Source of the DNA: Mobula hypostoma
Taxonomy: Eukaryota
DNA: 64,000 nt
NCBI RefSeq assembly: GCF_963921235.1
Contig: NC_086097.1
Location: 240,624,001-240,688,000 of the forward strand
Reading direction: 5' to 3'
Part shown: positions 23,646 through 37,475 of the stretch, piece by piece
Numbering within the stretch: the first letter of the stretch is position 1
Layout of the letters: every line of letters starts with the position of its first letter
Position numbers and translations under genes: made by a program
Notes under the pieces: generated by a model
The model's input: only the letters and a program-made list of their open reading frames with translations
Databases searched by the model: none
What the model was told of the DNA's origin: nothing

Positions 23646-26229
23646 GAGTAGTTACTGGAAAACCAGCTCTTCAGTGGGAAATACAAGAATGTGCTTTTAA
23701 CAGAAGGACGGGGGGGGAAGCATCACGTGTCATAAATTGGCAAATGATGTATAACTTACATTAGTACATTCGCATTGTGATAGTCAGTAGTATTGTGTTT
23801 TCTGGCTGTTGGTGCAAAGGAGATATTTCACTATATGTTCCTGCATATTTCCTCACAGCAGAGTTAATATCAGATTTATTATCATTGACATAGCGTGAAA
23901 GTTTTTTTCAATTTTTATAAACCTTCCAACTTTAAACACGTCAGTATTTGAAGTGCTACATGATACTATCCATCTGATCTGCAAGCTTCCTTGAACTAAG
24001 CAACTTAGTCTGCATTGTCTGCAACAAGCCAAGTTAAATATCCCTTGGCTTATACAGCAACTCTCGAACGGCATTAGAGCAGGTACAGTTACTTTCTACA
24101 GACAGAGCATCTGCTATATACAGAGCTTGTTTCTGTGCTTTTTTTTCAATTTCAAACTGATTAATGCTTGACATTAATATTTTGAGAACTGACAACTGGC
24201 TCCCATTTACAACTGGAGGCTAAATAATGCATATAGTTGGAAGTTTTCTTGTATCTGTTTAATCTTACAAGTGACTGCTGCTGTGTTTAGAAAGTGAGCT
24301 TGGCAAAACTTAAGGCCTTTTTGCCCAGGAAGCAAATATCTGCCACAATATTGAGGAGTCAAGAATCGTGTTTAGACAAAATCAGGAAAAGGTGGAAGAT
24401 TTCCTCACCAAAGGACGTTATCAGCCAATGATTTTTTTTTTAAAGTAGCCCAGAGGTTTTGCCGTCATTAACCACTAATTGCATGTTTAATTGTTATTCC
24501 ACATTATTAAATTAATATACATTCCAATGCTGCCTTAGTGGAATTTGAGCTCAGTTCTCTGGACTATTAATCTAGCTGAGTAACAGTTGCACCAACCTCT
24601 AGTTCCTTATGCATTTCTATTAAAAAGATTTCAAAAAGATAAAAGATAAAGATTAGCTTTGTCATAAATACATTGAAACATCAAAACATACAGTGACTTT
24701 CACCTCAGCAACCTGCACAGTTGGAGGATGCCCGCAAGTGTCACCAAGTTCCTGGCACCAACATGGCATGGCCACCATGTACTAACCTGCAAGCCTTTAG
24801 GATGTGAGAGGACCCAGAGGAAACCCACATGAATTCCATGGATTTGCTGCCCTCTGCCTAAAGAAATTCCGCTTCATTCCTTTTCTGAAGGGATACCCTT
24901 ATATTCTGAGTCTGTGCCTTCTGGTCCAGGACTCCCACATCGTTAGGAACATCCTCTCCATGTGCTCTTTATCCAGAGTTTTCAGTCTTTGATAGGTTTC
25001 AATAAGATCCCCCCTTCATCCTTCTAAGTGCTTGCCCAGTAAATGCAGGCCCAGAGCCATCAAGTGTTCCTCATTCATTAACCCTTTCATTCCTGAGATT
25101 ATTCTCGTGAGCCTCCTCTGGACTCTCTCCAATGCCAGCACTTACTTAAGACCCAAAACTGCTCACAATACTCCAAGAGTGGTCTGACCAATTCCTTATG
25201 TCCTAACACCCTGGATTTTATATCCTAGTACCTCACTCCAGAACACACGGCATGGTAGCATAGTGGTTAGCACAACGCTCTACAACGCAGGTGACTTGGG
25301 TTCAATTCCCGACACTGCCTGTAGGTAGCCCCTGCGATTGTGCAGGTTATCTCCAGGTGCTCCCACAGTACATAGACCTACCAGCTGGCCCACGGTTAGG
25401 CACAGATTAAATTGGGGGATTGCGGGGACACAGCTCAAAGGGCTAGAAGAGCCTATTTGGCATTGTATCGAAATAAATAAATATACAGAAAGGTACCAGA
25501 AAAGGGATAGTAACACCCTGCTCATGGACTGTTTGTCCCACTCCCATCAAGGAGGAGACTACATTGCATCCACACCAGGACCACCCAGACTCAAAACCAG
25601 TTACTTTCTCCAAGCAGTAAGACTACGTGGCATTGATGACACACAGTCATGCTTTACTGGCAGAAAACTAACTACTCTATTAATCACACATTTTCTGGCC
25701 ACTGATTACTGCAATCAATAGCCTGTAACTTTCCTTTTGGAGTTAGGAATTACAGAAGTCCATAACTCGGAGTTATGAATTACAGGAGTTACAGAATTGC
25801 CTGTACGACCTGGCATTTGATGGGATTCTGGGGAATTTGGTGAAAGTGCAGTACGGTTGCAGCAGTGTGGCAAGTGCATGCCAAATTGAGGTGGTAGGGC
25901 TTGGTTCCAACAGTAAAGAACAAGCCAATGTTTGGCCAATTTAAGGCCAGGCCAGATTGTAAAGGTTGGGTGTGGGCCGAGTTGAGGTGGTGCAGCCCAG
26001 GCCCGAGAGCAAGGACCAAGCCAATGATTGGCTGGTTTAAGCGCAGGGCCAAAGTGGATAGGTCGGGTTGTTGGGGCCAGAGGAGAGGGACAGCCAGGTG
26101 TTCAGCTCACTGATCTGTGAGGTTTACTCATCTCTGAACTGAACTGAGGCTGTGTCCTGCATCTAATGGGCTCCTGGACTGGCTGCAGCAATGAACTGGC
26201 TTCATGGCTGTGGACTCACTTTTCTGAAC

Positions 26230-27037
26230 GGGGGAGGAGGAGGAGGAGGAGGAGATGGCGGCGTGATGCAGCGCTCGCGGCCTGTCTGGTGAATGATATC
26301 TGTAATCTGTTAAGTAGGGTACCGTGAACAATTCTGATTTGATGGAGACAGATGTGAGAGTATGGAGGAACATCTGAAGAAACTTCTGAAATGCCCGCTT
26401 GGCTGCCGCTGCTACTGTGTGGTAACCAGAATCTCCGGAGCAGAAGGCCCCAAATCCTCTACCTTGCTTGTTTCAGCAGCCGGGGTTAGGTCAAAGGCGC
26501 TCAGCAGAGGATGGCACTCGGGACGGTGTATCAGAGGGGCTGGTCAGAGGCTCGAAGTTTTCAAGATGGACGGACTTGGTGTCGGCTGTAGTCGGCTGCT
26601 TCCAAGGCATCGGCAGTTGTCAACACAAAATAATCTGCAGATACTGGGGTCAAAGCAACACTCACAACACGCTGGAGGATCTCAGCAGGTCGGGCAGCAT
26701 CCATGGAAAAGATACATCGGCAGTTGTCGGTGCCTTGGAAGTTTATGGCAGGGAGTTTCTCCCTTTTGCCGCCTGCTGTCAGGGACTTGATAGTCGGGAG
26801 TCGATTGGGACTTGAGACTTTATTTTTTACCATGCCCATGGTCTGATCTTTATCAAATTATGGTATTGTTTTGCACTGCTGTAACTATATGTTATTATTA
26901 TTCTGTCAGTGTTAGTCTTTGGTTTGTCCTGTTTTTCTGTGATATCACTCTGGAGGAACATTGTATCATTTCTTAATGCATGTATGCATTTCTAAATGAC
27001 AATAAAAGAGGACTGAGTGTTCTCATAATCTAATCTA
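26230..27037 (+). mobile_element. Non-autonomous retroelement, second copy of 2222-2910
   Basis: (GGA)n GATGGCGGC head; AATGACAATAAAAGAGGACT..CTCATAATCTAATCT tail. Confidence 0.8.
26622..26714 (-). mobile_element. Penelope-like terminal fragment with 14-bp TSD
   Basis: CATCGGCAGTTGTC at 26608-26621 and 26715-26728. Confidence 0.85.
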
Positions 27038-28519
27038 TTTGTTTACTTTTTATTGTTTGCACAATTTTCTCTTTTTTCACATGTTGGTGTTTGACAGTAT
27101 TTTTTAAGGGTTCTGTTAAGTTTCTTTGTTCTGTAAGAAGACAAATATCAAGGTTGAATATATATTTGATAATAAACGTACTATGAAATTAGATCAACGT
27201 CTCCACCTAATAACTCCACCATGAGTTAGTCACATCCTAGCCTCACTTTACGGACATACAATCAAGTTATGTATTTAAGCTATCTTTTGCATTTATAATT
27301 GAGTGTTCTTAATTATTATCATTGTGTTCTTTATCTTGTGTGGCTTTCTTGTGCTGCATCACATCCAGAGTAAGAATTATTTATAATATCCTTTCTCTGG
27401 TGTATAGGATATGACATGTAACAAGCTTGAATCATAAATAGACTACCTACAGTCATCTGATGCTTCAGTGCTTCACAACTCAGGATTCAGCCCTTTATAT
27501 TGCACAAACCAGACGCATCTGATCGCTCTGAGGTATGTTCCAAATTCACTGAGGTCCTGACAGAGAGAAGGCAAATAGGAGACCAGCTATCATGGGACCT
27601 GATCCTGCTGAATCTCAGGGTTATAAATTACTTTGAACTTTGAACGCCTTGACTCTGCCCCAGAGTAGTCAGCAACTTTGTAGGGGAAAGAGAGAAACTG
27701 AACATCCTCCCAAGGGTTTCACTTTGAAATCTTTCCAAGTAAAACCCCTTCAGTGGTGTTGATGACGCCTCGCTCAGAAACTGGACAGTGGAAAAGAAAA
27801 GAATTGCGTCTAAAAAAAAATTACAGGTTTATGAGGTCAGCCTAAAAAATGGAGAAAATATTTTGCACATTAAGCTTAGGAAACTTAATGACTCAGGGTG
27901 TATCCTGATGAACTTTTGCTCAGCTATCATTGAGAGTTTTGTGGCCATGTCTATCATTGTTTGGTCTCCTGCTGCCCCCTCCCTCTCCAAAGCCATGTCA
28001 ACAAGTGAGGAAGGTTATTAGCTGTCAACTACTGACATTAAAAGACCTGTTCATCGCCAGAGTGAAGAAAAGAGCTGAAAAAAATTACTGTTGACGCCAT
28101 CCACCCTTGCAGTCACCTATTCACCACATTGCCGGGGAGATGCTACAGGTCCATCAACACCAGGACTACGCACTATTTCCAAAGCTTCTTTCCTGTAGCT
28201 ATCCAGATTCTCAACAAAACTCACTCAGGTGTAATCTTTTGAATGGTCTTTCCTACTCTGTTGTTCTGACGATAATTATTGAGTCTTTTCGTAGGTTCAT
28301 ATTTATTTAAGTTTGCTTATTGATGTCTGCGCATGTGACCATACTGCTTATTGTTGATTTTACATGGCTTTTTGCACTATTGTCCTGTAAATTGTTGGTT
28401 GCTACTGTGTTGTCTGTTATGGTATTATCTTGAGTTTTATGCTTGGCACCAAACCACAATCAATTCTAGTATCTTTCACAAGATGGCAATTCTTGTTTCT
28501 GATTCTGATTCTAACATGA

Positions 28520-31500
28520 TAGGATTTATTCCGGGTTATTGAAGGAGGCAAGAAGACGTGATCACTGGGTCCTTGACCGGTATCTTTGTGTCCTCTCTAT
28601 CTACAGAAGTCCCAGAAGACTGGTGAGTGACTAACATTGGACCTCAATTTAAGAAGGAAAACAGGGAAAATCCTGGGAATTAGCGAGTCTCACATCAGTT
28701 GCAGGGAAATTGTTGGAGAAAATTCTTCGGGATAGGATATATGAGCATCTGGAAACCAATGGGAATCCAAATTAGAAGAAGCCTAATTATGGAGAACCAG
28801 CATGACTTTGTGCCTTACCAACAATTAAGTTTTTTGACAGGTGATGAGGCAGATAGATGAGGGTTGGGCTGTAGATATTTTCTACATGGATTTTAATAAG
28901 GTATTTGACAAGTCCCTCATGAGAGACTAATCCAGAAGATTAAGATGCATGAGATCCACAGTGAATTGGCTGTTTGGATTCAGAACTGGCGTGCACATAG
29001 AAGGCAGAGAGTCGGGATTGAAGGGACCTATTTGAACAGGGGGTCTGTAATTAATGCAATTCAAAGGGATCTGTGCTGGGACCTCTGCTGTTTGTGGCGT
29101 ATATAAATGACCTGGTTGAAAATGTAGATGGGTGGGTTGGTAAATTTGCAGATTATACCAAGATTGGTGGAGTTGTGAATGACTGGCAAAGAATACAGCA
29201 CAAAATAGATCAGTTGCAGATATGGGCTGAGAAATGGCAGATGGAATTCAACCCAGATAAAAGTGAGGTGTTGCACCCTGGTAGGGTAAATGCAAAGAGA
29301 CAGTACACTGTTACAGGTAAGATCCTTAACAGTGTTGCTGAGCAAAGAGATCTCGGGATCTAAGTTCATAGCTCCTTGAAAGTGGCGACACAGGTTGATA
29401 AGGTGGTCAAGAAAGCTTATGGAATGCTTGATTTTATTAGTTGAGGCACTGAGTCCAAAAGTTAGGAGGTTATGTTGCAACTTTATAAAGCTCTGGTTAG
29501 GCCACATCTGGAGTATAAGACCATAAGACCATAAGACATAGGAGCAGAATTAGACCATCCGGTCCATCGAGTCTACTCCACCAATTAATCATGGCTGATC
29601 CTTTTTTTTCTCTCTCCTCCTCAACCCCAGTTCACAGCCTTCTCCCCATAACCTTTGATGCCATTTTCAATCAATAACCTATCAATCTCTGCCTTAAATA
29701 GGCCCAACGACCTGGCCTCCACAACTGCAGGTGGCAACAAATTCCACAAATGCACCACATTTTGGCTAAAGAAATTCTGCCGCATCTCTGTTTTGAAAGA
29801 GTGCCCTTCTATCCTGAGGCTGTGGCCTCTTGTCCTAGACTCTTCCACCATGGGAAACATCCTTTCCACATCTGCTCTGTCTAGGCCTTTAAATATTTGA
29901 AAGGTTTCAGTGAGATCCCCCCTCATCCTTCTGAATTCCAGTGAATACAGACCCAGAGACATCAAATGTTCCTTATATGATAACACTTTCATTCCTGGAA
30001 TCATCCTTGTGAACCTCCTCTGGACCCTCTCCAATGCCAGAACATCTTTTCTAAGATGAGGGGCCCAAAACTGTTCACAATACACAAAGTGAGGCCTCAC
30101 CAGTGCCTTATCAAGCCTCAGCATCACATTCCTACTCTTGTATCCTAGACCTCTGGAAATGAATGTTAACATGGCACTTGCCTTCCTCACTACTGACTCA
30201 ACCTGCAAGTTAACCTTTAGAGCGTTCTCCCAAGTCCCTGTGCATCTCAGATTTTTGGATTTTCTCCCCATATCGAAAATAGTCCACACATATATTTCTA
30301 CTACCAAAGTGCATGACCATGCATTTTTCAACATTGTATTTCATTTGTCACTTTCCTGCCCATTCTCTTCATCTGTCTAAGTTCTTCTGCATCCTATCTG
30401 TTTCCTCAGCATTACTTGCCCCTCCACCAATCTTTGTATCAGCTGCAAACTTGGCACCAAAGCCATTTAATCCATCATCTAAATCATTTATATACAACAT
30501 AAAAAGAAGTGGTCCCAACACTGACCAATGCAGAACACCACCAGTCACTGGCAGCCAACTAGACAAGGATCCTTTTATTCCCACTCACTGCCTCCTACCT
30601 ATCAGTCAGTGCTTTAACCATGTTAGTAACTTTCCTGAAATACCATGAGCTCATAACTTGGTAAGCAGCCTCATGTGTGGCACCTTGTCAAAGGCCTTCT
30701 GAAAGTCCAATATACAACATCCACTGCATCCCCTTTATCTATCCTACTTGTAATCCCCTCAAAGAATTCCAACAGGTTTGTCAGGCAGGATTTTCCCCGA
30801 AGGAAACCATACTGTCTTTGTACTATCTTGTCCTGTGTCACCAAGTACTCCATCACCTCATCCTTAACAATTGACTCGCTAACATCTTCCCAACCACTGA
30901 GGTCAGGCTAACTGGTCTATAATTTCCTTTCTGCTGTCTTCCTCCTTTCTTAAAGAGTGGAGTAACATTTGCAATTTTCCAGTCCTCTGGCACCATGCCA
31001 GTCCATTGATTTTCGAAAGATCATTTCTAATACCACTACAATTTCTAACACCACCAAAGCAAGTACTGTATACAGCTCTGGTCTCTTCACTACAGGAAAG
31101 ATGTTAAGGATTATGAGAGGGTACAGAAAAGAGGATAAACTTGGGTTGTTTTCTCTGGAGCACCGGAGACTGAGGGGAGCTCCGATAAAGGTTTACAAAA
31201 TTATGAGAGACATAGTCAGAGTGGACTCTCTGTATCTGTTTCCCAGGGTTGAAATTTGTAATACCAGAGGGCATGCATTGAAGGTAAGAGGGGGTAGGTT
31301 CAAGGCAGATGTGAGGGGTAAGTTTTTTACTCAGAGAGTCGTGTACGCCTGGAATGCACAGCCTGGTATGGTGGTGAGGCAAATACATTACAGGCTTTTC
31401 AGAGTTGTTTGGACAGGTATATAGATCTAAAGAAGATGGAAGGATATGGACATGGTGCAAGTAGGGATAAGCGTTTGATTGTCTTTGATTTGCTTTTCAG

Positions 31501-31565
31501 CTGGTTTGGCACAACATTGTGGGCTAAATGGCCTTTTCCTGTGCTGTACTCTTCAGTGTTCTATC
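28520..31565 (+). mobile_element. Decayed CR1, interrupted by an opposite-strand CR1 at 29517-31055
   Basis: LGPLLFVAYINDL..KFADYTK; RPHLEY breaks at 29516 and resumes near 31062; KFFTQRVVYAWNA. Confidence 0.85.
29517..31055 (-). mobile_element. CR1 (subfamily B), 5'-truncated
   Basis: QYGFLRGKSCLTNLLEFFE, SVLGPLLFMLYINDLDD, KALVRPHFVYCEQFWAP; (TTATGGTC)n tail. Confidence 0.92.
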
Positions 31566-31712
31566 TTCTATGTCCTTGGAGGGTATGGCACCGATTAAAA
31601 TGACCGAAGGAAGCAATGGATCCAGTCTCACAGACCTCCCTGAGACTATGTCTGAAATGGTGAATAAAGTTCATCTGCAAGATGACACAACAAAAAAGCA
31701 GGATTAGGCCCA

Positions 31713-32558
31713 AAACACGAGGAATTCTGCAGATGCTGGAAATTCAAGCAACACACATCAAAGTTGCTGGTGAACGCAGCAGGCCAGGCAGCATCTCTAG
31801 GAAGAAGTACAATCGACATTTCAGGCCGAGACCCTTCGTCAGGACTAACTGAAGGAAGAGCTAGTAAGAGATTTGAAAGTGGGAAGGGGAGGGGGAGATC
31901 CAAAATGAAAGGAGAAGACAAGAGGGGGAGCGATGGAGCCAAGAGCTGGACAAGTTATTGGCAAAAGGGATATGAGAGGATCATAGGACAGGAGGCCCAG
32001 GGAGAAGGAAAAGGGGGAGGGGGAAGCCCAGAGGATGGGCAAGGGGTGTAGTCAGAGGGACAGATGGAGGAAAAGGAGAGTGAGCGAAAGAATGTGTGTA
32101 TATAAATAAATAACGGATGGGGTACGAGGGGGAGGTGGGGCATTAGCAGAAGTTAGAGAAGTCAGTGTTCATGCCATCAGGTTGGAGGCTACCCAGACGG
32201 AATATAAGGTGTTGTTCCTCCAACCTGATTGTGGCTTCATCTTTACAGTAGAGGAGGCTGTGGATAGACATGTCAGAATGGGAATGGGACGTAGAATTAA
32301 AATGTGTGGCCACTGGGAGATCCTGCTTTCTCTGGCGGACAGAGCGTAGGTGTCTTCTCCTATCGTTTTGGATCTCCCCCTTCCCCTCCCACTTTCAAAT
32401 CTCTTACTAGCTCTTCCTTCAGTTAGCCCTGATGAAGGGTCTCGGCCCAAAACGTCGACTGTACCTCTTCCTAGAGATGCTGCCTGGCCTGCTGCGTTCA
32501 CCAGCAAATTTGATGTGTGTTGCTTGAATTTCCAGCATCTGCAGAATTCCTCGTGTTT
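31713..32558 (-). mobile_element. Penelope-like element: GIY-YIG C-terminus flanked by ~208-bp inverted pseudo-LTRs
   Basis: Arms 31713-31920 and 32351-32558 are near reverse complements, each with a hammerhead motif. Confidence 0.9.
32143..32349 (-). pseudogene. Penelope GIY-YIG endonuclease C-terminal fragment (absent from the ORF track)
   Basis: Hand translation: LRSVRQRKQDLPVATHFNSTSHSHSDMSIHSLLYCKDEATIRLEEQHLIFRLGSLQPDGMNTDFSNFC*. Confidence 0.85.
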
Positions 32559-33707
32559 ACGAAGTGCATCCATCTACAGCTTCTAACAAACCACATTAAT
32601 GAGTTGGAGCTGGAACTGGATGAACTCCAGTACAGGGGGATGACTCAACAGAGAAAGGTCACAGGTCTCTGGCACTGAGCCTTCCTCTGTGACCCAGGTG
32701 GGAAGGGGGTAGAAGTGGCACGCTGTGGTAATAGAGGATTCATTAATTAGGGGACAGAAAGGAGGCTCTGCACGGAGAACAAAATTCCCAGATGGTATGT
32801 TGTCTCCCGAGTGCCAGGGTCCAGGATATCTGGAATTGAGTCCTCAGTATTCTTAACTGGGAAGGTGAACAACCAGAAGTCAAGGTCTGCGTAGGTACCA
32901 ATGACGTGGGTATGATCAGTGACAAGGCTCTGCACAGGGAGTTCAAGGAGTTAGGTGCTAAGTTCATAGTTTAGCCCACTAGAATTTCAGCTATTCAGGA
33001 TTGGGTGTTGTGCATTGAACCAGAAATGATAAAAGAGCTTAAGGTAAAAGAATCATTAGGGTCAAGGGGTCATAATATGATCAAATTCACACTGAAATTT
33101 GAGAAAAAGCTAAAGACAGATGTATCAGTATTATATTGAAGTAAAGGGAATTGCAGAGGCAGGAGAGAAGAGTTGGCCAGAATTCAATGAAAAGGAACAC
33201 TGGCAGGGATGACAGCAAACAGCAAAGGCTGGAATTTCTTGAAGCAATTTGGAAGACACAGGATATATACATCCCATAGAGGGAGAAATATTCTAAAGGA
33301 AAGATGACACAACCATGGCTACCAAGAGAAGTCAAAGCCAACATAAAAGCCAGAGAGGGCATTTAATAGAGCAAAGATTAGTGGGAAGTTAGAGGATTGT
33401 GAAACTTTTAAAAACCAACACAAGGCAACAGCAAAGGTCATTAAGAAGGTAAAAATGGAATACAAAAGTAAGCAAGCCAATAATATTAAAGAAAATACCA
33501 ACACTTTCTTCAGATACATAAAGTGTAAAAGAGAGGTGAGAATTGATATTGGATCACTGAAAAACAATGCTGGAGAGGTAGTAATGGGGGACAACAAAAT
33601 AGAGGTCGAACTGAATAAGTATTTTCCATCAGTCTTCACTATGGAAGACATTAGCAGTATGGTGGGAGTTTCAGGTGTCAGGGAGCATAAAGTGTGTGAA
33701 GTTACTG
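32559..33707 (+). mobile_element. CR1 5' remnants: ORF1 (SGNH esterase-like) and part of ORF2
   Basis: KCIHLQLLTNHINELELELDEL; VVIEDSLIRGT; EGEQPEVKVCVGTNDVG; IKENTNTFFRYIK. Confidence 0.78.
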
Positions 33708-35040
33708 GTTGGATCATTTGATATTCTGTGTTTTTTGCTCCTTTTTTTGCCATTTGCCTGATTTATTCCTTTTTTTGCATGTTGAAGGTTTGATGCATTT
33801 CCTTTAAACAGTTTTTTTTCTTTCTTTGTTTCATGGCTGTCTGTGGGAAGACGAACCTCAGGATTGTATACCATGTACAACAATTCATAATAAATGTACC
33901 TTAAACTTTGAACTTTGCACTCATAGAGTCATAGGAAACTACACTACAGCAATGGGCCTTTCGGTTCATCTAGTCCATGCCAAGCCATTTAAACTGCCTG
34001 GTCCCATTAATTTGCACCCAGACCATAACCTTCCATACCCCTCCCCTTCCTGTACCTATCCAAACTTCGCTTAAACTTTGAAATCCAAATCACATCCTCC
34101 ATTTGCACTGGAACCTTGTTCCACACTCTCACCATCCGTTGAGTGAAGAAGTTTTCCCTCATGCTCCCCTTAAACATTTCATCTTTCAGCTTTAACCCAT
34201 GACTTCTAGTTGTAGTCTCACCCAACCTCAGTGGAAATGCGGTGGATAGGAAGAGGCACCAAGGAATTTACCAGCCTATAACACGGACCTGGCTCAGAGA
34301 ATTTATGGAAGGTCATATTATTGTGAAGAAATATTGTATGTGAAAAAAATCAATCTTTCTTAATGACTTTATCTATGACATAATTTAACTTACCTCCACT
34401 GCCCTACATTTAGATGGTTCAGCACAGACTAGATGGCTCTGTGCTGTACTTTTCTTTGACACTATTTTGTTTATATATTTGAACAACAGAAGAATGGAGT
34501 TGAGCGGGAAATGGATTTGCCGTGATCAAATGGTGGAGCAGACTTGATTGGCTAGATGGGCCAGTTCTGCTCCTGTGGTCTTAAAATAAAACAACTTAAT
34601 GTAGACAATAATTAAAAGTGGGGAAGCACACAGATATTTAATACTTCAGCTATAGCAGTCCTAAAAAGAAATACCTGATGATTCCCTTCAGAGCAGCACA
34701 GAAAGAGTAGCCACTCTTTGGCACCATCTTGCTATCTGATTTTCAGTCAGAGATTTGTTCTGCAACCAAAGACTCTAGCAAATGTCTACAGGTGTTCTGC
34801 AGAGAGTATTCTAACTGGCTGCATCACCCTCTGATATGTGGGGGGGTGAGGAGGGTTCTATGCCACTGCACAGGTTTGGGAAAAGCTGCAGACATTTTGT
34901 GTACTCAGCCATCTCCATCACAGGCATAAACTCACCACCATCGAGGCTATCTGAAAAAGGCAATGCTTCAAAAAGGTAGCATCCATCTTTCACAATCTTC
35001 ACTATCCAAGACATGGCTTTTTTCTCATGACTACCATCAA

Positions 35041-36648
35041 GAAACATAGAAACATAGAAAACCTACAGCACAATACAGGTCCTTCAGCCCACAAAACTGT
35101 GCTGAACATATTCTTATCTTAGAAATTACCTCGGGTTACCCATAGTCCTTTATTTTTCTAAGCTCCTTGTACCTATCCAGGAGTCTCTTAAAAGACCATA
35201 TCGTATCCGCCTCGATCACCGTTGCCGGCAGCCCATTCCACGCACTCACCACTCTCTGCGTAGAAAACTTACCCCTGACATCTCGTCTCTACCTGCTTCC
35301 AAGCACCTTAAAACTGTGCCCTCTCGTGCTAGCCATTTCAGCCCTGGGAAAAAACCTCTGACTATCCACATGATCAATGCCTCTCATAATCTTATATGCC
35401 TCTATCAGGTCACCTCTTATCCTCCATCGCTCCAAGGAGAAAAGTCCAAGTTCACTAATCTATTCTCATAAGGCATGCTCCCCAATCCAGGGAACAGCCT
35501 TGTAAATCTCCTCTGCACCCTTTCTATGGTTTCCATATCCTTCCTGTAGTGAGGTGACCAGAATTGAGCACAGTATTCCAAGTTGGGTCTGACCAGGGTC
35601 CTATACAGCTGCAACATGACCTCCCAGCTCCTAAACTCAATCCCACGATTGATGAAGGCCAATGCACTGTATGCCTTCTTAACCACAGAGTCAACCTATG
35701 CAACAGCTTTGAGTGTCCTATGGACTCAGACCCCAAGATGTCTCTGATCCTCCACACTGCCAGGAATCTTACCATTAATACTATATTCTGCCATCATATT
35801 TGACCTACCAAAATGAACTACCTCACACTTATCTGAGTTGAACTCCATCAGCCCAGTTTTTCATCCTATCAATGTCCTGCTGTAACCTCTGACAGCCCTC
35901 CACACTATCCACAACACCCCCAACCTTTGTGCCATCAGCAAATTTACTAACCCATCCCTCTACTTCCTCATCCTGGTCAGTTATAAAAATCACAAAGAGT
36001 AGGGGTTCCAGAACAGATCCCTGAGGCACACCACTGGTCACCGACCTCCATGCAGAATATGACCCGTCTACAACCACTCTTTGCCTTCTTTGGGCAAGCC
36101 AGTTCTGGATCCACAAAGCGATGTCCCCTTAGATGCCATGCCTACTTACTTTATCAATGAGCCTTGCATGGGGTACCTTATCAAATGCCTTACTGAAATC
36201 CATATACACTACATCTACTGCTCTACAATTCATCAAAAAATTCAATCAGGCTCGTAAGGCATGACCTGCCGTTGACAAAGGCAGGCTGTCTATTCATAAT
36301 CATGCCTCTCCAAAGGTTCATAAATCCTGCCTCTCAGGATTTTCTCCAACAACTTACCAACCACTGAAGTAAGACTCACTGGTCTATAATTTCCTGGGCT
36401 ATCTCTACTTGCTTTCTTGAATAAGGGAACAACATTCACAACCTTCCAATCCTCCGGAACCTCTCCCATCCCCATTGATGATGCAAAGATCATCGCCAGA
36501 GGCTCAGCGATCTCCTCCCTAGCTTCCCACAGTAGCCTGGGGTACATCTCGCCTGGTCCGGTGACTTATCCAACTTGATGCTTTCCAAAAGCTCCAGCAT
36601 ATCCTCTTTCTTAATATCTACATGATCAAACTTTTCAGTCCGCTGTAA
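35041..36648 (-). mobile_element. CR1 (subfamily A), 5'-truncated, inserted in a + strand Rex1-type remnant
   Basis: NYRPVSLTSVVGK, SGVPQGSVL, LYRTLVRPNLEYCAQFWSP; (TTTCTATG)n tail. Confidence 0.93.
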
Positions 36649-36815
36649 GAAAGAGGTACAAATGCCAACATTTCAGGAATAGTTTCTTCCCCTCCATGAG
36701 CAGATTTCTGAATGGGCATGAACAGTACCTCACTATCTTGCTTTCTTTCTGCACAAATTATATAGTATTTTTATATGCTTACTGCAATTCTATTTTATAT
36801 GTATTTCACTGTATA

Positions 36816-37116
36816 ATTGTGGGCATGTGGCCAAGTGGTTAAGGCATTGGACTAGCGACCTGAAGGTCATGAGTTCAAGCTCCAGACAAGGCAACGCCTT
36901 GAGCAAGGCACTTAATCACACATTGCTCTGCGACGACACCGGTGCCAAGCTGTATGGGTCCTAATGCCCTTCCCTTGGACAACGTTGGTGTCATGGAGAG
37001 GGGAGACTTGCAGCATGGGCAACTGCCGGTCTTCCATACAACCTTGCCCAGGCCTGCGCCCTGGAGAGTGAAGACTTTCCAGGCACAGATCCATGGTCTC
37101 GCAAGACTAACGGATG
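36816..37116 (+). mobile_element. tRNA-head SINE with RTE-derived 3' end
   Basis: A box TGGCCAAGTGG, B box GAGTTCAAGC, CCTTGAGCAAGGCACTTAA core; TSD CACTGTATA at 36807-36815 and 37117-37125. Confidence 0.9.
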
Positions 37117-37475
37117 CACTGTATAGCTGCTGGAAAAGAACAAATTCCATAACGTAATGTATGTCAGTGAGAATAAACCTGATTCTGATTCATTGCTCAC
37201 TGGAAAGTCACCAGGCTCAAGAACACTCAATCATCAGGCTTGTGAATAAAAGGGGATAACTACACTCGCTGTCCTGTCATTGTGATGCTTCCACAACTAA
37301 TGATCTCACTTTAAGGACTCTTCATCTCATGTTCTCATTATTTATTGCTATTTATTTGATCTGCATTTGCACAGTTTGTTGGCTTCTGTACTCTGGTTGA
37401 TCGTTGATCCTGTTATAGTTACGATTCTATACACCTGTTGAGTATGGCTGCATGAAAATGAATCTGAGGGATGTG

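Noticed and set aside
23853..24100. Cys-rich ORF, and a PSNFKHV CRIB-like peptide on the + strand
   Set aside because: The + frame stops within a few codons, splice sites are unconvincing, and no family is recognisable
36820..36895. tRNA gene (also at ~45980 and ~56002)
   Set aside because: The tRNA-like head continues into a shared SINE body bounded by TSDs
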